Positions 10,314 through 19,478 of a stretch of 64,000 nt of DNA are shown in pieces; the first letter of the stretch is position 1; each line of letters begins with the position of its first letter. The stretch is taken from positions 15,597 to 79,596 of the forward strand of contig JBAQKY010000029.1 in the NCBI GenBank assembly GCA_049301455.1. The letters run 5' to 3'. The translations under genes and the position numbers were made by a program. A model generated the notes under the pieces. The model saw only the letters and a program-made list of their open reading frames with translations, was not told the origin of the DNA and searched no databases. Source of the stretch: Microgenomates group bacterium. GTDB taxonomy: Bacteria; Patescibacteriota; Microgenomatia; UBA8517.

Positions 10314-10370
10314 TAAATAATTGTTACCTGTCTTTTGTGTCGCATAATTGTTGTACAATAAAATAAATTT

Positions 10371-10814
10371 ATGAAAATTGTAATACAAAGAGTTAAATCG
10401 GCAAAAGTAACAAGGCAAGAAGACAACAAAATAGTTGGAGAAATTAAAAGTGGATTATTTTTACTTCTTGGTGTCAAAAAAGGTGATACAGAAAAACAGG
10501 TTGATGAATTGGTAAATAAAATAATTAAACTTCGGGTGATGTCTGATGAAAATGACAAGATGAATTTGTCAGTGCAAGATACAAAGTCTGAAATTTTAGT
10601 TGTTTCTCAATTTACACTTTATGCAAATACCAAAGATGGGAATCGTCCATCTTTTATTGATGCAGAAGAACCATCAAAAGCAAAAGTATTATATGAATAC
10701 ATGATAAACAAATTAAGAGAATCTGGTTTGAACATCCAAACAGGAAGCTTTGGAGATTATATGAAAATTGAAGCAGATCTTGACGGTCCAGTTACAATTG
10801 TTTTGGAGAATTAA
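10371..10814 (+). CDS. dtd: D-aminoacyl-tRNA deacylase
   Basis: 147 aa. The motifs SQFTLYA and MKIVIQRV...LLLGV are diagnostic of Dtd. Confidence 0.9.
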   Translation: MKIVIQRVKSAKVTRQEDNKIVGEIKSGLFLLLGVKKGDTEKQVDELVNKIIKLRVMSDENDKMNLSVQDTKSEILVVSQFTLYANTKDGNRPSFIDAEEPSKAKVLYEYMINKLRESGLNIQTGSFGDYMKIEADLDGPVTIVLEN

Positions 10815-10831
10815 ATTGTTATAATTGAAAT

Positions 10832-11380
10832 ATGAAAAATGCGGTGATACTTCATGGTACTAACGGAAACCCTGAAGAAAACTGGTTTCCTTGGTTAAAA
10901 CAAGAGCTTGAGAAAAAGGAATATAAGGTTTGGCTCCCCCAACTTCCAAATTGTGAAAAACCAAATGTCAATACTTACAATAAATTTTTATTGCCAAGCT
11001 GGGAATATAATTCGGAAACAGTTTTAATTGGCCATTCATCAGGGGCAGTTGAAATTTTGTCTCTTTTAGAAAACCTACCTGATGGAGTTGTCGTAGATAA
11101 AGCAATATTAGTTGCAGGCTTTATTGATAATTTGAAGTGGGATGCGTTGGATGAGTTATTTATCCATCCATTCGATTGGGAAAAGATAAAATCTAGAGCT
11201 AAAACAATAATATTAATTCATTCAGATAATGATCCATATGTCCCACTAGAACATGGCAAAATATTACAGAAAAACTTAGATGCAGAGTTAATAATAAAAG
11301 AAGGCCAAAAACATTTTAGTGTTAAGAGCTTTGGAGAAGAATATAAAAAATTTACTTTGCTTCTTGAATTAGTCGATTAA
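10832..11380 (+). CDS. alpha/beta hydrolase, RBBP9/YdeN-like serine hydrolase
   Basis: 182 aa. The nucleophile motif GHSSG and the [18 protein letters not shown]-terminus are typical of the YdeN/RBBP9 family. Confidence 0.7.
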   Translation: MKNAVILHGTNGNPEENWFPWLKQELEKKEYKVWLPQLPNCEKPNVNTYNKFLLPSWEYNSETVLIGHSSGAVEILSLLENLPDGVVVDKAILVAGFIDNLKWDALDELFIHPFDWEKIKSRAKTIILIHSDNDPYVPLEHGKILQKNLDAELIIKEGQKHFSVKSFGEEYKKFTLLLELVD

Positions 11381-12019
11381 TTCTTCTTTCTTCAGAAATT
11401 CAATTAGTTTTTTATTTGTTGTGTATTGTCTGCCAATAGAAACAAATAATCTGTTTAAATCTGGCCAATATTTTTCTGGAATTATTTTAATAAGTTTCAT
11501 TTCTGTTTGCTGAGGTGTTTTTGTTTTTACCCAACCTAAAACATTACAAATTCTATGAACATGAGTATCTACTGCAATTGCAGGTATCCCAAAAGCACGA
11601 TTTAAAACTAAATTTGCAGTTTTTCTACCAACACCATTTATTTTCATCAGTTCATCTCTAGTATTTGGGACTTTAGTGATATTTAAATTTTTTAAATACT
11701 TAGCTTTTGTTCTGTAAAATCCAACAGGATATATAAATTTTTCAATCTCTTTAATATTAAGACTTTTTAATTGCCCCAGATTAGAAGCTTTTATAAATAA
11801 TCTTTTTGATGCTTCTAGTGTTACTTCATCTTTAGTTCTGGAGGATAGAATCGTGGAGATTAATGTTTTGAAGGGGTCTTTACCAAACACTTCAAGAGGC
11901 ACTAGTGTATAGTTCCTCTTGAAGGCTTTAAATACGTTGGAAAAATTACTTGTTTCCACCGATCTTGAACATTGTTGTTCCGCAGACTTCACAAACTGCT
12001 TTTGTTGCTTGCTTTCCAT
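11369..12019 (-). CDS. HhH-GPD family DNA glycosylase (endonuclease III-like, no C-terminal Fe-S cluster motif)
   Basis: Contains [20 protein letters not shown] and the HhH-GPD segment [33 protein letters not shown]. The first ~20 codons of the ORF-track model overlap a frameshifted small gene in another frame. A GTG start near 11964 is an alternative that would remove the overlap. Confidence 0.75.
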   Translation of the reverse strand: MESKQQKQFVKSAEQQCSRSVETSNFSNVFKAFKRNYTLVPLEVFGKDPFKTLISTILSSRTKDEVTLEASKRLFIKASNLGQLKSLNIKEIEKFIYPVGFYRTKAKYLKNLNITKVPNTRDELMKINGVGRKTANLVLNRAFGIPAIAVDTHVHRICNVLGWVKTKTPQQTEMKLIKIIPEKYWPDLNRLFVSIGRQYTTNKKLIEFLKKEELID

Positions 12020-12086
12020 TCTTCATTGTTACAGCTTGTGCGTCTTTTCCTTCTCTCTTTGTTCTACATTTTACACAGTACATCAT
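11945..12086 (-). pseudogene. small zinc-ribbon protein (DUF5679-like) interrupted by a single +1 frameshift
   Basis: On the - strand, frame A reads MMYCVKCRTK..., then frame B continues [36 protein letters not shown]. Joined together this is a 46-aa CxxC...CxxC ribbon typical of tiny Zn-ribbon proteins common in CPR and archaea. The frames switch at the CC dinucleotide in ...agaaCCaaag... (about 12059-12060 on the + strand). Confidence 0.4.
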
Positions 12087-12121
12087 AATTAAATCACCCC
12101 ATTTCTTTAGCGCCTAGCGCC

Positions 12122-12346
12122 TTAAGAAACCCAGTATATCACCACAAGGCTAATTAGGATTAAAAATGCAACAAAGAGGCTTTTGTATAACTCTTTTTTG
12201 ATTGAGGCTAAACGATTATATTTTTCGGTAGTTTCGGCACTTTCATTTTTTGGGCTTGAATTATAGGTTCCTTCAAATTTGTAGGCTAATTGACTATTGA
12301 CACGCCTATCGTTTGCTTTTGTCTTTTGCTTTTTTGTTCTTTTCAT
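12122..12346 (-). CDS. hypothetical small membrane-anchored protein
   Basis: 74 aa. It has a basic N-terminus and a single C-terminal TM helix (LFVAFLILISLVVIYWV). Confidence 0.4.
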   Translation of the reverse strand: MKRTKKQKTKANDRRVNSQLAYKFEGTYNSSPKNESAETTEKYNRLASIKKELYKSLFVAFLILISLVVIYWVS

Positions 12347-12374
12347 ATGTCTTTAATTAATATATTCTTGATAC

Positions 12375-12791
12375 ATGAATGTTAGCTTAATTTTAAGCAT
12401 AATTGCAACTGTATTGTCTGTTTTGACTATATTGTCGTTAGTATGGCTATATGGAATATTTAAAGATCTTGTAAAAATATCCAAGCAAAAAGACTTTATA
12501 AACAATACAAAAGAAATAAAGGAAATTAAAAGTGAGTTTGAAATATTTAAAAATCTATCCAAAGCAAATATCCAAAAGGTAGGACTTATCAAATTCAATC
12601 CATTTAATGAAACAGGAGGGGACCATAGTTTCTCTTTGGCACTTTTAGATGGACATAAAAATGGTATTATTATAACTAGCCTGCATACAAGAGAAAGAAC
12701 AAGACTCTATATAAAGGATGTTTCTTCTGGAAAGTCAAAGATTGAGCTTTCAAGTGAGGAGCAGAAGGCTTTACAATTATCCCTAAAGTAA
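12375..12791 (+). CDS. hypothetical protein (DUF4446-like), N-terminal TM
   Basis: 138 aa. It has an N-terminal TM helix, and the conserved core is GLIKFNPFNETGGDHSFSLALLDGHKNGIIITSLHTRERTRLY. Confidence 0.5.
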   Translation: MNVSLILSIIATVLSVLTILSLVWLYGIFKDLVKISKQKDFINNTKEIKEIKSEFEIFKNLSKANIQKVGLIKFNPFNETGGDHSFSLALLDGHKNGIIITSLHTRERTRLYIKDVSSGKSKIELSSEEQKALQLSLK

Positions 12792-12801
12792 TTTATTATA
12801 T

Positions 12802-14034
12802 ATGAACATGGAAAAAATAAACAAAATAACAAACTCCAAGAATTTCATGCTAGTTTTAGGTTTTATAGGTTTGTTTTTAGTGTCTACTGGTGTGTCACTT
12901 GCAGGTTTTACATTTTTAATGGGTGACACTAAAACTGGTACACAGAACGTTAGTTCAACTGGCAAGGTCTCAAGAGTAGATCTTTCAAAGCCAAAAACAG
13001 AAAGTTGTCCTATAAATGGTCAATTGTTTACTAAAGAGCAGAAAGAACTATGGTCTAAGAAACGCCCAATAGTGGCAATAATTGAAAACCATTTAGATTC
13101 TAGACCTCAATCTGGCTTGTCTGTTGCTGACGTTGTCTATGAAGCTGTTGCAGAAGGGGGCATTTCAAGATTTTTAGCAGTTTTCTATTGTGGTATAGCA
13201 GATAATAACTACACAATTGGCCAAATTAGAAGTGCAAGGGTTTATTTCATAAATTATGCACTTGAGTATGGGGACAATCCTTTATTTGTTCATTGGGGTG
13301 GCGCAAACAACATCTGTAATAATTGTCCTGGGGGTGTAAAACCAAAGGGTGATATCGATCCTAGAGTTGATGCCTATAAACTTTTGGAAAAGATTGGCTG
13401 GGTTAATGGTAGATATGGAAATGACATGAACGGTGCAACTAATACAGGTTACCCTGCTTTGTTCACTGATGATAGGAGGATGGATCTTGCAACAGAGCAT
13501 CAAAAAGTTGGATCAACAGATAAAATATATGAAGAGGCTTCTGAAAGAGGATTTGATTATGCAGATTCTGATGGTTTAGCTTGGGATGAAAATTTTGTAA
13601 TGTGGAAGTTTAAGGATGGTAAACCAAACAGTTCTCCTACTGCATCAGAAATATCTTTTAACTTTTGGGACAGTATGGCAGGCTATGATGTTACTTGGAA
13701 GTATGACACAACAAATAATGATTATTTAAGATTTAATGGTGGCAAAGAACATACTGATTTAGAGAATAAAGAACAGATTAAGGCTAAAAACATTGCAGTT
13801 GTCTATGTTGAAGAAGAAGGTCCAGTAGATAAGGAACATCACATGCTTTATACAGTTACAGGCGACGGTAAAGCAATTGTTTTCCAAAACGGTGAAGCAA
13901 TTGAAGCAACTTGGGAAAAGAAAACTCCAACAGACAGACTAACACTGTTTGATGAGAACGGTGATGAAATAGAATTTGTTAGAGGACAAACTTGGATAGA
14001 AGTGTTACCATCAGGTAATAGTGTTAACTATTAA
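12802..14034 (+). CDS. DUF3048 domain protein (YerB-like secreted/lipoprotein)
   Basis: It has a signal anchor. The conserved DUF3048 N-domain motif is PIVAIIENHLDSRPQSGLSVADVVYEAVAEGGISRFLAVFY. Confidence 0.75.
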   Translation: MNMEKINKITNSKNFMLVLGFIGLFLVSTGVSLAGFTFLMGDTKTGTQNVSSTGKVSRVDLSKPKTESCPINGQLFTKEQKELWSKKRPIVAIIENHLDSRPQSGLSVADVVYEAVAEGGISRFLAVFYCGIADNNYTIGQIRSARVYFINYALEYGDNPLFVHWGGANNICNNCPGGVKPKGDIDPRVDAYKLLEKIGWVNGRYGNDMNGATNTGYPALFTDDRRMDLATEHQKVGSTDKIYEEASERGFDYADSDGLAWDENFVMWKFKDGKPNSSPTASEISFNFWDSMAGYDVTWKYDTTNNDYLRFNGGKEHTDLENKEQIKAKNIAVVYVEEEGPVDKEHHMLYTVTGDGKAIVFQNGEAIEATWEKKTPTDRLTLFDENGDEIEFVRGQTWIEVLPSGNSVNY

Positions 14035-14069
14035 TTAGTTTTTGTATTAATTCTGCCCTCAATTAAAAT

Positions 14070-14651
14070 ATGGCAAGTTTAAATGACATCATAACTTCAA
14101 AAGTAAGGGTTAAAATTTTGGATCTTTTTTACTCGAATCTAACAGAAATGTACCATGTTAGGGGAATAGTTAGAGAAATTGGAGAAGAAATAAATGCTGT
14201 AAGACGTGAATTGGAGAGATTTGAAAAAGTTGGAATACTCAAAAAAGAACCAAGAGGAAATAGAGTCTACTACTTTGTGAATAAAGATTATTCGGGCTAT
14301 GGTGATCTTGTACAAATTGTTTCTAAATCGACAGGATTAGGAAAGGCAATTATAGAATCCAAAAACAAGCTTGGTAAAGTTGGAATTGTTATGTTTTCAG
14401 GCAAGTTTGCTAGAAGAAAGCCTAGAAAAGATGATAGTGTTGATGTCTTAGTTGTTGGAGAAATTGTATTGCCAGAATTGGCTGCAATTATTAGAACATA
14501 TGAATCTAAATTGGGTAGAGAAATTAATTATACTGTTATGACTAGAGAAGAGTTGGATTATAGAAAGAAGAGAAGAGATCCATTTTTGCAAAGCATATTT
14601 TTAGGTAGCCGCGTAATGATAATTGGAGATGAAGAAGAACTTACTGGTTAA
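14070..14651 (+). CDS. putative transcriptional regulator (wHTH N-domain + nucleotidyltransferase-like C-domain)
   Basis: 193 aa. The N-terminal winged-helix-like region is KVRVKILDLFYSN...VRGIVREIGEEINAVRRELERFEKVGIL. The C-terminal domain is KVGIVMFSGKFARRKPRKDDSVDVLVVGEI. The stop overlaps the secD start. Confidence 0.45.
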   Translation: MASLNDIITSKVRVKILDLFYSNLTEMYHVRGIVREIGEEINAVRRELERFEKVGILKKEPRGNRVYYFVNKDYSGYGDLVQIVSKSTGLGKAIIESKNKLGKVGIVMFSGKFARRKPRKDDSVDVLVVGEIVLPELAAIIRTYESKLGREINYTVMTREELDYRKKRRDPFLQSIFLGSRVMIIGDEEELTG

Positions 14652-15885
14652 AGTTATATTAATCCTCCTGTTTGCTGTAGCTTGTGGTTTAATAAGCTAT
14701 GGTTATCCTTTGTTTGGTAAAACATTTGATCTGTCATTAGGTCTTGATCTTTCTGGTGGTAGTAAACTTGTTTTTGAGGCTGATACTTCAAAAATTGAAT
14801 CATCTAAAAAAGACCAGGCAATATTATCGCTTCGCAACGTTATTGAAAAAAGAGTCAATCTGTTTGGTCTTTCTGAACCAAATGTGCAAACCTCAACCTT
14901 TGAAGGAAAAGACAGAATTATAGTAGAGCTTCCAGGGATTAATGATCCAAAAGAAGCAACTGCATTAATAGGTCAGACTGCACAATTAGTTTTTTCCGAA
15001 TTGATTGAAGTGCCAGCTGTTGATGGTGCAACGCCATCGTCCCAATTAGCACCAACTGATTTAACAGGAGCAGATTTGAAATCAGCCTCGACTGTTTTTG
15101 ATCAAAATACTGGTAAACCCTCTGTATCAATTGAATTTACTGAAGAAGGTTCAAAGAAGTTTGAAGAAATTACAGGTCGTAATATTGGCAAGCCTTTAGC
15201 AATTGTTTTGGATCAGGATCTTGTTTCTGCCCCAACTGTTAATGAAAAAATTGTCGGAGGTACTGCTCAAATTTCAGGAAGCTTTACAGTTGAAGAAGCA
15301 AACAAACTTGAGGTGCAATTAAATGCAGGTGCATTACCTGTGCCAGTTAAGCTGGTTGAAGAAAAAACTGTTGGAGCAACACTGGGTGCTGAATCTGTTC
15401 AAAAGAGTATTAAGGCTGGTGTCATTGGTTTGGTAATGGTCTCAATTTTTATGGTCTTGTTGTATGGTAAATATGGAATTGTTGCAGATATCGCCCTAGT
15501 AATATTTGGTGTCACGACATTGGCACTCTATAAATTAATTCCTGTTACATTGACACTTCCTGGAATTGCAGGATTTTTACTTTCTGTTGGTATGGCAGTT
15601 GATAGCAATATTTTAATTTTTGAAAGATTAAAAGAAGAAATTAAAACCCGTCCATTCAAAGACGCTTTAGAAGTTTCATTTGGTAGAGCTTGGGATTCCA
15701 TAAGAGATGCTAATGTGGCAACTTTAGTAACTGCATTTATTTTGGCAAATCCACTTGATTGGTCCTTCCTTCATGTCTCAGGCCCTGTTAGAGGTTTTGC
15801 TATAACACTTGCTTTGGGAATTGGAATATCATTGTTTACAGGTATTGTTGTAAGTCGTAACTTACTTAGATTGTTCGTCAAATAA
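14629..15885 (+). CDS. secD: protein translocase subunit SecD
   Basis: It has an N-terminal TM, a periplasmic domain and a C-terminal 5-TM bundle (GATLGAESVQKSIKAGVIGLVMVSIFMVLLYG...). The ORF track starts at TTG 14623. ATG at 14629 is used here. Confidence 0.9.
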   Translation: MKKNLLVKVILILLFAVACGLISYGYPLFGKTFDLSLGLDLSGGSKLVFEADTSKIESSKKDQAILSLRNVIEKRVNLFGLSEPNVQTSTFEGKDRIIVELPGINDPKEATALIGQTAQLVFSELIEVPAVDGATPSSQLAPTDLTGADLKSASTVFDQNTGKPSVSIEFTEEGSKKFEEITGRNIGKPLAIVLDQDLVSAPTVNEKIVGGTAQISGSFTVEEANKLEVQLNAGALPVPVKLVEEKTVGATLGAESVQKSIKAGVIGLVMVSIFMVLLYGKYGIVADIALVIFGVTTLALYKLIPVTLTLPGIAGFLLSVGMAVDSNILIFERLKEEIKTRPFKDALEVSFGRAWDSIRDANVATLVTAFILANPLDWSFLHVSGPVRGFAITLALGIGISLFTGIVVSRNLLRLFVK

Positions 15886-15886
15886 T

Positions 15887-16690
15887 ATGATTGCGTGGAT
15901 GAAATATAAAATAATTTACTTTGCAATATCTCTAGTTTTGTTGTCTGTTGGTACTTTTAGTTTGTTTAAATGGGGTTTAAATCTGGGAATTGATTTTACA
16001 GGAGGTGTAATTGCAGAGTACAGATTGCCAAATGGAGAAACAAAAGTTGAGAAGTACGGCACAAAGTCAGAAGAAGAAATTAGTAAAATAAGACAAAGCA
16101 TAAAGGATCAAGAAGGAACAGAACTTCGATTTGAAGTTGTTGGTCCAACTATTGGACCAGAACTTATTAAAAAGACTTTCTATGCTTTAGGAATATCTGC
16201 CACCTTAATTCTCTTTTGGGTTGCGATTCAGTTTAAAAATATTAAATTTGGAGTATCAGCAATTCTGGCTATGATTCATGATTCGCTAATTTTACTAGGA
16301 AGTTTTTCATTGCTTGGTCATTTTATGAATGTTGAAATTGATTTCTTGTTTGTTACTGCAGTTTTAACAATACTTTCATTTTCAGTCCATGACACTATTG
16401 TTGTATATGACAGGATTCGTGAGAAACAGAGAAAGTACGATCCAGAACTAGGCACTGATATTAAAAAGATTGCAAATAGTGCATTAACAGAAACAATGGT
16501 TAGAAGTTTAAACAATTCTTTTACAATTATCTTTATGTTGCTGGCTCTTGTCTTAATGGGCGGTGAATCAGTTCGTTGGTTTGCAGTTGCACTTCTGATT
16601 GGAACAATTTCAGGAACATACTCCTCTCCATTTGTAGCAGTTCCAATACTTGTTACCTGGGAGGAATTACAGAAGAAGTTTAAAAAATAG
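15887..16690 (+). CDS. secF: protein translocase subunit SecF
   Basis: 267 aa immediately after secD. The SecF signature is GIDFTGG...HDTIVVYDRIRE. Confidence 0.9.
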   Translation: MIAWMKYKIIYFAISLVLLSVGTFSLFKWGLNLGIDFTGGVIAEYRLPNGETKVEKYGTKSEEEISKIRQSIKDQEGTELRFEVVGPTIGPELIKKTFYALGISATLILFWVAIQFKNIKFGVSAILAMIHDSLILLGSFSLLGHFMNVEIDFLFVTAVLTILSFSVHDTIVVYDRIREKQRKYDPELGTDIKKIANSALTETMVRSLNNSFTIIFMLLALVLMGGESVRWFAVALLIGTISGTYSSPFVAVPILVTWEELQKKFKK

Positions 16691-16748
16691 AGGTGTGTCT
16701 TCAAAAAACTTGCATTTCGCGGAGAGTGAGGGTAATATATGACCTATA

Positions 16749-17033
16749 ATGAGAGAATTTACATCAGAAGAACGTAGCGGCAATGGACAGGCGGGTACAT
16801 TTGTTAAAAAAATAGAGTCCAATACAAACTTAAGGGTTGTTGGTTTTGCTGAAGAGAGCTCTGTAATTGAGATTTGTAACGAATTAGGATTCAATCTCGC
16901 CGAGATGACAGCTGGCGGTATTAAGGGTTTTTCGACATCGCTTGTTATAGGAAGAAACGAGAGTGGTGAAGAGTTAATTAAAATTTACGAAAGTGCTGGT
17001 ATATTGGTTATTAGAACCCCTATCGAGCAATAA
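16749..17033 (+). CDS. hypothetical protein
   Basis: 94-aa ORF in a short gap. No motif recognised. I checked the region for tmRNA and SRP RNA signatures and found none. Confidence 0.3.
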   Translation: MREFTSEERSGNGQAGTFVKKIESNTNLRVVGFAEESSVIEICNELGFNLAEMTAGGIKGFSTSLVIGRNESGEELIKIYESAGILVIRTPIEQ

Positions 17034-17037
17034 TCAC

Positions 17038-18366
17038 TTATTCTCTAATTTTCGATAGTAAAGTCTCTCTTTCATTTGGAACATTGTTCTCAACAACTTC
17101 ATTAAATATCTTTTCTAATATTTCACCAACTTTAGGTCCTGCAGGAATATCTAGTTTTTCCATTACATCTTTACCATTTATTTTTAAATCTTTAATTGCA
17201 AATGGTTGTTTTTGTACTTCAATTAATCTTTTCTTGAATTCCTCCAATCTCCATGATGTTTCAGATGCTCCACCACCAAGCCTATCTGCTACACGAAGCT
17301 CAAGCATATCTTCCACATATTCCAAACCGACATTTGTTATGAATCTTCTAATGGCAGAGTCTGTTTGGTGTTCATCAACTGTAAATTGGTGGAATCTAAC
17401 AAGTTTTACAAGTTTATCTTTTTCTTTAGAAGAAAATTTAAGTCTATCTGCAATATTTTCTGCAATTCTGGTTGAAACCATTTCATGATTGTAGAAAGTA
17501 ATTACTCCTGTCGGTAACTTTCTTACTGTTTGGGGTTTACCAATATCATGAATTAAAGTTGCAAATCTTGTAACAGAATCTGTCGATTTACACTCTTTTA
17601 ATGACATTAAAAGATGAGTACCAACATCATAGATGTGGTGTCTGTTTGGAGACTTTTGCTCAATTCCAAAACATTTTATAAGTTCGGGAAGTATCTCCTG
17701 CATTAATCCAGATTCTTTAAGATGAAATATTCCAGAATATGGATTATTACCACTTAATATTTTAAATAGTTCATCTTTAATTCTTTCCTTGGCAATTTTA
17801 TTTATAAGTGTTGCGTTTGTTTGAATTGCTTCGAATGTTGTTTTTTCAATTTGGAATTTTAATTCTCCTGCAATTCTAACAGCGCGCATCATTCTAAGTG
17901 CATCTTCATTAAAGCGCTCATTTGGATCTCCAACTGCTCGGAGAATTTTATTTTTTAAGTCTTTTTGTCCTTCATATAAATCAATTAGTTTTTCTCCATC
18001 GTATGCGAAGGCGTTTATTGTAAAGTCACGTCTTTTTAAATCTTCTTCAAGCGATTTACCCCACGATACAGAGTCAGGTCTTCTGTTGTCAGAATAACCA
18101 TGTTCAGTTCTGTATGTTGTAATTTCGAAGGGTTCTTCAAATCCTTCGACTGATAATCCAACGGTTCCGAATTTATTATCACAAAAACCATCAGGATAAA
18201 TTTCTAAAATTTGCTCAGGAGTTGCATTAGTTGTGAAGTCCCAGTCGTATACAATTTTACCCATTAATAAATCACGAACAGCACCACCAACAACATATAT
18301 TTCATATTTATTTTTTTTGAAGTCAGAAAGTATCTTTTTTACTTCGTCTGGAAGATTAAAAATCAT
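17038..18366 (-). CDS. cca: CCA tRNA nucleotidyltransferase (PolyA_pol head + HD domain)
   Basis: The nucleotidyltransferase motif is VVGGAVRD...DWDF. The HD domain is LIHDIGK. The ORF track starts at GTG 18390. The Met at 18366 (MIFNLPDEV) matches the usual CCA-enzyme N-terminus. Confidence 0.85.
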   Translation of the reverse strand: MIFNLPDEVKKILSDFKKNKYEIYVVGGAVRDLLMGKIVYDWDFTTNATPEQILEIYPDGFCDNKFGTVGLSVEGFEEPFEITTYRTEHGYSDNRRPDSVSWGKSLEEDLKRRDFTINAFAYDGEKLIDLYEGQKDLKNKILRAVGDPNERFNEDALRMMRAVRIAGELKFQIEKTTFEAIQTNATLINKIAKERIKDELFKILSGNNPYSGIFHLKESGLMQEILPELIKCFGIEQKSPNRHHIYDVGTHLLMSLKECKSTDSVTRFATLIHDIGKPQTVRKLPTGVITFYNHEMVSTRIAENIADRLKFSSKEKDKLVKLVRFHQFTVDEHQTDSAIRRFITNVGLEYVEDMLELRVADRLGGGASETSWRLEEFKKRLIEVQKQPFAIKDLKINGKDVMEKLDIPAGPKVGEILEKIFNEVVENNVPNERETLLSKIRE

Positions 18367-18395
18367 AAGTTTATTATAACAGGAGACCACTCTTT

Positions 18396-18424
18396 TTGAC
18401 CAGCTATATGTTATAGGGTATAAT
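18396..18424 (+). promoter_or_regulatory. sigma70-like promoter TTGACC-N17-TATAAT
   Basis: The sequence is ttgacc agctatatgttataggg tataat. The predicted TSS at about 18431-18433 coincides with the ATG at 18432 of the downstream ORF. Confidence 0.35.
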
Positions 18425-18431
18425 TGGTCTC

Positions 18432-19424
18432 ATGACTGAGAGAACTTGTGAGCAATTAAAAATTAATGACATCACTTGTTTAAGATGGAGACACAAATTG
18501 GCGTTTCCTTCTAATGGACCGACGAATACTAGACAAGTTGCTGAAGTTGTTTCATCTTTAGATCCGCAATGTGTATCGTGGGACCATCTCAATTTTTATG
18601 CAGGAGGAGATGCTGTTTGGGAAAAAAAGAAATCAAGTGCAGATGAAATAAATTTTGTACAAGAAACATTTGTTAAAAAAAAGACGATATTATTATTCAG
18701 TGATTTTAAATCCGAAGCTGGATCAAATAAGTATCAATCCTATTTAAAAAAAGAGGCAGAAAAAATAGGAATTAGTGTCGGGACTGTTTCTGCATTTACA
18801 ACATTAGCGTTAATGGCAGGTAGGGACAGAAGAAGTTTCCTAAAAGGAATTGGTATTTTTTCAGTCGCTTCATTATTGTCTCTAACCAGCATTAAGATAG
18901 TAGATTTATTTAGGGCGTTTGAGGAGATAGAAAGTATAGAAAGTTGTGAATATAAACCAAGTGAGCCCTATGAGCCAATGATAGCAGATTCATCTTGGAG
19001 AACAGGGATGGTAATTGCGAAGCAGTCCTGGATTAGTGAATTGGGATATTTGAAAGATTATCAACATGAAGGTGGAGAAAATATCTCGATTTGGGGGTCT
19101 GGGCATTTGGATAATGCTGAAGAGTTAAAGTTGATAAATAAAATTGCTAACGACCCCGGACCGCACGCTGAGGAACTTATAGAAGAAGAAATTACCTTTT
19201 TGAGTCGAAATGGAGTAGAAGAAAAAGAATTGAGAAAAAAGATAATAAATCTAAGGATGGCAATGGCTGGAATTATGCCAGTTAAAACTGAAGATCGAGG
19301 TGACCTGTTTTATATTAGCCCAATTAAGCCTGCGTATTATGACCCGAGAATACTTGGCTTTGATGCTGGAGGAATGACTGCTGATCGAGTATCTGCTGAA
19401 GTAAATTTAAGGATTAAACTTTAA
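18432..19424 (+). CDS. hypothetical protein; contains internal twin-arginine (Tat)-like signal MAGRDRRSFLKGIGIFSVASLL at codon 128
   Basis: 330-aa ORF. The alternative start at 18813 would give an approximately 203-aa Tat-exported protein. No catalytic motif recognised. Confidence 0.45.
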   Translation: MTERTCEQLKINDITCLRWRHKLAFPSNGPTNTRQVAEVVSSLDPQCVSWDHLNFYAGGDAVWEKKKSSADEINFVQETFVKKKTILLFSDFKSEAGSNKYQSYLKKEAEKIGISVGTVSAFTTLALMAGRDRRSFLKGIGIFSVASLLSLTSIKIVDLFRAFEEIESIESCEYKPSEPYEPMIADSSWRTGMVIAKQSWISELGYLKDYQHEGGENISIWGSGHLDNAEELKLINKIANDPGPHAEELIEEEITFLSRNGVEEKELRKKIINLRMAMAGIMPVKTEDRGDLFYISPIKPAYYDPRILGFDAGGMTADRVSAEVNLRIKL

Positions 19425-19478
19425 CTAGATGTCTTTACTATTGATATATCTTACAATTTGTAAGATCATGTAGTGACG

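Noticed and set aside
16691-17040. Possible tmRNA or SRP RNA in the relatively GC-richer stretch after secF
   Set aside because: I found no tRNA-like 3' end (GGTTCGAATCC...CCA), no tag-peptide reading frame, and no SRP domain IV GGAAG-type motif. A continuous 94-codon ORF is present, so it is kept as a low-confidence CDS.
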